A program made the position numbers and the translations under genes. Positions 7,462-11,490 of a DNA stretch of 11,490 nt are shown here, in pieces. The notes beneath the pieces were generated by a model. That model worked only from the letters and a program-made list of their open reading frames with translations. It searched no databases and was not told the DNA's origin. Positions within the stretch are counted from its first letter, which is position 1, and every line of letters begins with the position of its first letter. This DNA comes from a virus (taxonomy: Duplodnaviria; Heunggongvirae; Uroviricota; Caudoviricetes), in the IMG/VR virus record IMGVR_UViG_2778261058_000014, positions 1-11,490 of that record. The stretch is one strand, 5' to 3'.

Positions 7462-7687
7462 GGCTTACATCCTCCGTGAATTTTCTTCTGTAACGCGTCT
7501 CTGCCACATATTCCGCATAGTCCGACGCAATACTAAGAATCATTTCACCCTCTGACTTGTAGCCACTGGTATTGATAAGAAAATATGCAGCTTTCATCAT
7601 GTCAGCAACGCTCAACAATGCGCCCGCTGCATCTTCCGGTGCGCCATCAAATTCCCGTTTCAGGGAATTAAAACGATCATCACGCAT
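7454..7687 (-). CDS. hypothetical protein, 77 aa
   Basis: Small ORF in the operon with overlapping start/stop junctions on both sides. Confidence 0.45.
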   Translation of the reverse strand: MRDDRFNSLKREFDGAPEDAAGALLSVADMMKAAYFLINTSGYKSEGEMILSIASDYAEYVAETRYRRKFTEDVSHA

Positions 7688-8045
7688 GTTTACCCCCCTG
7701 AATGACCTGATAACCGCAACTGGTCAGCAACTCGATAAATTCCGGCAGTGTGCCGAAACAGCAATCATCACGCAGCCGTTCGCGGGATACTTCAACGCCG
7801 TTTTCGTAGTGACTCACCATACACCCGGTAAAATGCAGATCATCATCGTGATGGCTCGTTGACGGCTTAATCAGTCGCGCACGTTCCGCCAGTTCCAGCA
7901 ATGCTTCAACGCTTCCGGCAATTGCACCATCCGGCAGGTGGTAATTACGCACTATGCGCCCGTTCTCCACATTGACCAGCAACTGCCCGGTAAATTTCTC
8001 GTCAAACTGAATGCTGTTAAGGTCAGAAATTGACAGGTTATGCAT
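7680..8045 (-). CDS. hypothetical protein, 121 aa (ATG at 8045; ORF-track start at 8063 rejected)
   Basis: ATG at 8045 preceded by AGGAGGTG 4 nt upstream; overlaps the TAA of the upstream gene. Confidence 0.55.
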   Translation of the reverse strand: MHNLSISDLNSIQFDEKFTGQLLVNVENGRIVRNYHLPDGAIAGSVEALLELAERARLIKPSTSHHDDDLHFTGCMVSHYENGVEVSRERLRDDCCFGTLPEFIELLTSCGYQVIQGGKHA

Positions 8046-8262
8046 GGTGCACCTCCTGCACATCAGCCATGATAATTTTTCCGGTCTTATCCAGTGCCTG
8101 ATCGGCTTTTAGCTGCACAAATGCTAAATAATGGGAGATGCATTCTGATTCTCTGGCTGCGTGTTTATGCGCCACACCAGCGATAGCAGAAATCTCAATA
8201 AGTGAATCCATCAGCGTTTTGATAGCGTCTACCGCTGCATCAGGCCATGTTGCATTACACAT
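8038..8262 (-). CDS. hypothetical protein, 74 aa
   Basis: ATG at 8262 preceded by AGGAGGTGG; overlaps the stop of the upstream gene. Confidence 0.5.
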   Translation of the reverse strand: MCNATWPDAAVDAIKTLMDSLIEISAIAGVAHKHAARESECISHYLAFVQLKADQALDKTGKIIMADVQEVHHA

Positions 8263-8620
8263 GCTCCACCTCCTGGCGAATACGGGCAGCGAATACCATC
8301 ACGCAGCCATCAGGAGATTGCTGGCGTGCTTCCTGTTCGCTGGTGACCTCGATGTGAATCACGCGCGGTTGTGCCGTACTCAGGGCGATAAAACGCCAGA
8401 TAAAATTGTTTTCGCATTTCTGAATAAACAGCGTGTTTTCTTCGCGCCCTTTCCATGTTGCCGAGATATAGCCCATGTCATTGAGCATCTCGCAGGCATC
8501 AACCAGCGTATCGGCGGCTACGTGTACAGTGTTTTTACCGTCAGCTATGCAATCACGGTGCACCGCCAGGAAGGTGTATATAAATTTAGGGTGAGTTTGG
8601 GTATGCTGTGTTCCAGCCAT
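8255..8620 (-). CDS. hypothetical protein, 121 aa, first gene of the replication operon
   Basis: Internal ATG at 8620 of the 598-aa ORF frame, preceded by AGGAG; the downstream sequence is protein-like, unlike the Ser/Cys-rich upstream part of that frame. Confidence 0.5.
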   Translation of the reverse strand: MAGTQHTQTHPKFIYTFLAVHRDCIADGKNTVHVAADTLVDACEMLNDMGYISATWKGREENTLFIQKCENNFIWRFIALSTAQPRVIHIEVTSEQEARQQSPDGCVMVFAARIRQEVEHV

Positions 8621-8819
8621 AATCGTTACTCCTGTTAACGGTTTGGTTAGAAGCCCCGTTACTGCTCCAACAGTGCGGGGCTTCGTCGTTTCAATTGCTG
8701 AATTGCATGTATCAGCCCTTGTGGTATTCAGATTACATTTTGGTGAATACCATTTCAAGTCTTTTTTGGTATTCACTTTTGTATTACACTGCATCCCGTT
8801 ATTAATCGGAGGTGCAAAC
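8621..8819. promoter_or_regulatory. divergent intergenic control region with a 13-bp-stem palindrome/hairpin and three GGTATTCA half-sites
   Basis: Inverted repeat GAAGCCCCG...CGGGGCTTC at 8650-8684; half-sites at 8723-8730 (direct), 8744-8751 (inverted), 8768-8775 (direct), spaced about two helical turns. Flanked by divergent genes with strong RBSs. Confidence 0.5.
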
Positions 8820-9119
8820 ATGTCCACGAGTTCTGTTAACAATAAGTCACAGCAACTGAATGCCAGATTTCCACATGAAGTAGTGAGTGGCATTGAGGCA
8901 TCCCTACAGCCAGGGGAAACTAAAGCGAATTTTATAGTTACGGCTGTGCGCGGTGAAATCGCCCGCCGCCAGGCAGAAGGAAGCGGAGAAAATCCCCTGG
9001 TTTCTTCGCTCGATGCGCTGGAACAAATGGAAAAAATAGGGGTCGAACTCGCCGAAAATATAGAGCAGCTTGTTTCCGTTGCTCGTGAAGAACTCCAGCG
9101 GCGCAAGGCCAAAGGGTAG
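8820..9119 (+). CDS. hypothetical protein, 99 aa; possible ribbon-helix-helix-type regulator
   Basis: ATG at 8820 preceded by GGAGGTG 5 nt upstream (track ORF starts further upstream at 8643). Sequence LNARFPHEVVSGIEA...KANFIVTAVRGEIARRQ is compatible with an RHH layout; acidic helical C-terminus. Confidence 0.55.
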   Translation: MSTSSVNNKSQQLNARFPHEVVSGIEASLQPGETKANFIVTAVRGEIARRQAEGSGENPLVSSLDALEQMEKIGVELAENIEQLVSVAREELQRRKAKG

Positions 9120-9188
9120 CCAGAATAATCACCATTCGCGCCAGAGCCTAAGGAACTCGAGCGCCAGACTGTAAGCAGGGGGCGAACC

Positions 9189-9368
9189 ATGCCTAAATTA
9201 AAAGATTTTTTAGCCCAGCAAATGGCGAAAGAAATTGCACAAGAAACCGAACAGGGAAAGGTTAAAACCTTCCACCTTGAGCAATTTCTTAAAACGCACA
9301 AGCGCACAAAAATGGGGCTATATACCTGGAAAACATCACGACATGGTGATGTTGAAGAGCAGAAATAA
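9189..9368 (+). CDS. small hypothetical protein, 59 aa
   Basis: ATG at 9189 with a G-rich SD-like stretch upstream; hand translation MPKLKDFLAQQMAKEIAQETEQGK... looks amphipathic. Competes with the track ORF 9235-9429 in another frame. Confidence 0.3.
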   Translation: MPKLKDFLAQQMAKEIAQETEQGKVKTFHLEQFLKTHKRTKMGLYTWKTSRHGDVEEQK

Positions 9369-9425
9369 CCACTATCAGCGCCGTGGTGTGAGGATCCATG
9401 GCACAAAGAAGTATCCAAGAGAAAA

Positions 9426-9608
9426 ATGATGGACGCACAGAAACTAGATATACTCACCTCCTTTCTGGAAGAACGTAAACGAAAATGGGGGATAAAACCC
9501 CATCCTTCCACCAGAGAATTACCAAGAGCATCAACAGAGTGTTTTTTGCTTGAGGATTTCATCAAAAAAAGCAGTCCTGTTTTGTGCAGGAATACGCGAT
9601 ACAAGTAA
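9426..9608 (+). CDS. small hypothetical protein, 60 aa
   Basis: ORF-track entry with a weak SD (AAGAGA); lies upstream of the plus-strand terminator. Low confidence. Confidence 0.25.
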   Translation: MMDAQKLDILTSFLEERKRKWGIKPHPSTRELPRASTECFLLEDFIKKSSPVLCRNTRYK

Positions 9609-9720
9609 CCATTACCCAGTGCAGGCAACAGGGAAAAAATTCCACTAAAGATTTGCCCACCAGCCACAAATGCAGCATTGTTGGCGATGCATTCAGGTTT
9701 GATTTGCCGTAATACCCACT

Positions 9721-9748
9721 GGCGACCCTCTGCGGTCGCCTTTGTTTT
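9721..9748 (+). terminator. rho-independent terminator for the plus-strand cassette
   Basis: GGCGACC-ctctgc-GGTCGCC stem (9721-9740) followed by TTTGTTTT (9741-9748); no U-run on the other strand. Confidence 0.6.
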
Positions 9749-10043
9749 ATCCAGAACGAAACCAGACATCAGATTGATCAGCACCGGACGACCAGAAAAA
9801 ATTGCATCAGTCGCGCCACCAGCAGTATTTTTTGCTTTCCGGACAGCTTGGCCAACGGCATTTTGCAGCAAAATATTCTGCATTTCTGGTGTGCTGTAGT
9901 AACGGTGATCAGTGCCTTCACTCTGTGCGACCACAACGCTATAATCTGCCTCGTAGACAGTAAGCAATATGGCGCAGTAGGCTATTCGTTCACAAAGGCG
10001 CTCCGGCAACGGGGCGCTTTCTCTTTTTGTAACGGTCAGAGCG

Positions 10044-10844
10044 TTACACATGGCTGTTTTCCTCCATGCGACGGGCTAACCAACGCTGCGAAAGACGAAT
10101 TAATTCAGCTTTCCGCTGGTGGTAGCCCTGGCCTAACTCAATCAGCGTGATATTGCTCTGCTCAAGGTAAGAAAGGTGCTCAAGCTGCAACTTGCTCATG
10201 TGGTCGCGTGGTTCGCCTGTGATGCCGTTCGCCTGCGCCCACTGTTTTGCAGTCATGCCACCCAGCACGATACGCGCCAGCATATTGGCTTCCGTGGTGT
10301 AGTGGTGCTGGAACGTGTTTTTACCCAGTTCAGCCCGGTACGCCTCCAGCGCGGCACACATTGGCTTAAAGTAGCTGGCAACGGTGATACGGGCTTTCAG
10401 TTCCCGGCGTAATGCTGCGGAACGCACTGGCGCTACCTTGTGTAGCTCCTCCTCGCATTTGATAAAGTACTGGCGAACGGCGCGGCCCTGTTCGGTACGT
10501 TCGACCATCGCCAGTTCTTTCGCCATGTTCACTGTGATGATGTACTCAAGAGCGGTTTGCTGGCGAGATTTTGCGCTCACCGGATCGGGTCGGCTCAAAT
10601 ATTCAACAACCTCATAATCCACGCCTTCCGTGAACCCGTATTCTTCAATGCGCCCCTTGATCCACGAACGGAAAACGCGCCCTACACCTAACGCCTTATG
10701 TAACGCTCTGGCGCTAACAATAGTGGTTTCACGCCCACCAATAACGCCGGAAATAACCGGAATAATTTCAGCGAAATTTTGCAGATTCTGTTTTTCAGGC
10801 CGAACGAAGCCCCGCCCCTGTACAGGCGTATATCCAGTATTCAT
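10044..10844 (-). CDS. phage antirepressor-like protein (AntA-type N-terminal domain), 266 aa
   Basis: N-terminal segment SARALHKALGVGRVFRSWIKGRIEEYGFTEGVDYEV matches the antirepressor N-terminal signature (from memory). Lies directly downstream of the AlpA gene. Confidence 0.7.
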   Translation of the reverse strand: MNTGYTPVQGRGFVRPEKQNLQNFAEIIPVISGVIGGRETTIVSARALHKALGVGRVFRSWIKGRIEEYGFTEGVDYEVVEYLSRPDPVSAKSRQQTALEYIITVNMAKELAMVERTEQGRAVRQYFIKCEEELHKVAPVRSAALRRELKARITVASYFKPMCAALEAYRAELGKNTFQHHYTTEANMLARIVLGGMTAKQWAQANGITGEPRDHMSKLQLEHLSYLEQSNITLIELGQGYHQRKAELIRLSQRWLARRMEENSHV

Positions 10845-10896
10845 GGTTAAATCTCTGTATTAGTGGATGGGAGGCGGCTGTGTGCCGCCAGCCTGA

Positions 10897-11085
10897 TTAG
10901 TGAACTGCCTCGCGGCTGTCCTTCCATGCCAGAACTTCGGATAAAGACCAGCCAACGGAACGACCACCGAGTTTACGCCGTGATGGGAATTGTCCGGCTT
11001 TTTCCAGGCGGTAGCGGCATGAACGGCTCAGGCCTGTAAGTTGCTGACATTCTTTTTCACGTATAAAGCGATCTGTGCTTAACAC
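10897..11085 (-). CDS. alpA: AlpA-family (prophage CP4-57-type / P4 Vis-like) HTH transcriptional regulator, 62 aa
   Basis: RFIREKECQQLTGLSRSCRYRLEKAGQFP...GGRSVGWSLSEVLAW matches the AlpA-family HTH pattern (from memory). GTG start with GGGGG SD 5 nt upstream. Confidence 0.7.
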   Translation of the reverse strand: MLSTDRFIREKECQQLTGLSRSCRYRLEKAGQFPSRRKLGGRSVGWSLSEVLAWKDSREAVH

Positions 11086-11370
11086 AATTCCCCCTTTGTT
11101 GTTTCTTAAAGAGTCATTGGGTGGATTATTGGGTTGGGTCGGATTGTGTCAGGGTGTTTATGGAATGGCAAACACTGGTGGCGGTCGTTTTACAGAAGTG
11201 GGGTAATGAGAATAAAAACTCTTTTAATTCATTGTGATGCGGTAGCGTAAAATTCTGTTTTTACGCCTTTTTTACATGTTTTTAAGAGTGATTCGCCAAT
11301 GTACAAAAAGCCAGTAAAACGACTGAAAATCAACTTTTTAGGGTGTCGGTCAGATGATAATCAAGTTTGT

Positions 11371-11430
11371 TCCAGATTGTTCGCCGTTGTTCGTCGTTGT
11401 GTCTCGTTGTTTCACGTTGTGTCCGTTCTG
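11371..11430. repeat. six tandem 10-bp units, consensus tnnnCGTTGT, in the region upstream of alpA
   Basis: Read directly: tccagattgt / tcgccgttgt / tcgtcgttgt / gtctcgttgt / ttcacgttgt / gtccgttctg, exactly 10-bp phased. Confidence 0.6.
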
Positions 11431-11490
11431 AAAAATCGCGAAAAAAATTATATTTCTCTGGCTATTGGCAGTGTGGTTACGTTTTCGTGA

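Noticed and set aside
6957-7862. Plus-strand ORFs 6957-7409 and 7572-7862
   Set aside because: Antisense to the translationally coupled small-gene operon; no RBS.
8138-8638. 166-aa plus-strand ORF
   Set aside because: Antisense to the two RBS-supported minus-strand genes at 8038-8262 and 8255-8620.
9235-9429. 64-aa plus-strand ORF (track) in the plus cassette
   Set aside because: Competes with the 9189-9368 frame, which has a better SD and a more protein-like amphipathic sequence; the choice remains uncertain.
8255-10051. 598-aa minus-strand ORF from the six-frame track
   Set aside because: It runs antisense through plus-strand genes with good RBSs and through a plus-strand terminator, and its middle section is Ser/Cys-rich low-complexity sequence typical of antisense frames. 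Only the 3' part (8255-8620) is annotated as a gene; the 5' part (about 9750-10051) is left unresolved.
9678-10150. Plus-strand ORFs 9678-9899 and 9848-10150
   Set aside because: The first spans the plus-strand terminator and the second overlaps the antirepressor gene; neither is protein-like.
10176-10863. Plus-strand ORFs 10176-10412, 10384-10617 and 10630-10863
   Set aside because: Antisense to the antirepressor-like gene.
11299-11490. 63-aa plus-strand ORF at the window edge
   Set aside because: Runs through the 10-bp tandem repeats with Cys/Arg/Val-rich repetitive translation and no good RBS; more likely regulatory DNA.
11086-11490. Integrase gene or tRNA attachment site at the alpA-proximal end
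   Set aside because: No integrase-sized ORF or tRNA-like sequence is present within the window; if they exist they lie beyond 11490.

Overview
The window reads as most of a phage-satellite-type genomic island (PICI-like / P4-like organisation), encoded almost entirely on the minus strand; all protein-family calls are from memory, with no database search run. From high to low coordinates: an AlpA-family regulator (10897-11085), an antirepressor-like protein (10044-10844), a short plus-strand cassette with its own RBS and terminator (8820-9748), a divergent operator-bearing control region (8621-8819), a translationally coupled operon of six small unknown genes ending in a P4-alpha-like primase/helicase (5164-8620), an AT-rich iteron origin (4800-5137), a ProQ/FinO-domain protein coupled to a PerC-family regulator (3968-4794), tandem terminators, then an operon of a small RHH-like protein, two unknown proteins and a Nu1/TerS-like HTH protein (1700-3767). 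Below that lies a 290-bp array of TTGACACTTTTTCGCG repeats (1414-1700) and a strongly AT-rich 297-aa cargo gene (1-894) that I cannot assign to any family. That cargo gene and the repeat array are the best candidates for something undescribed. No integrase, tRNA, rRNA or CRISPR array is visible; the integrase is probably beyond the right edge. The 598-aa ORF at 8255-10051 is judged a composite artefact.
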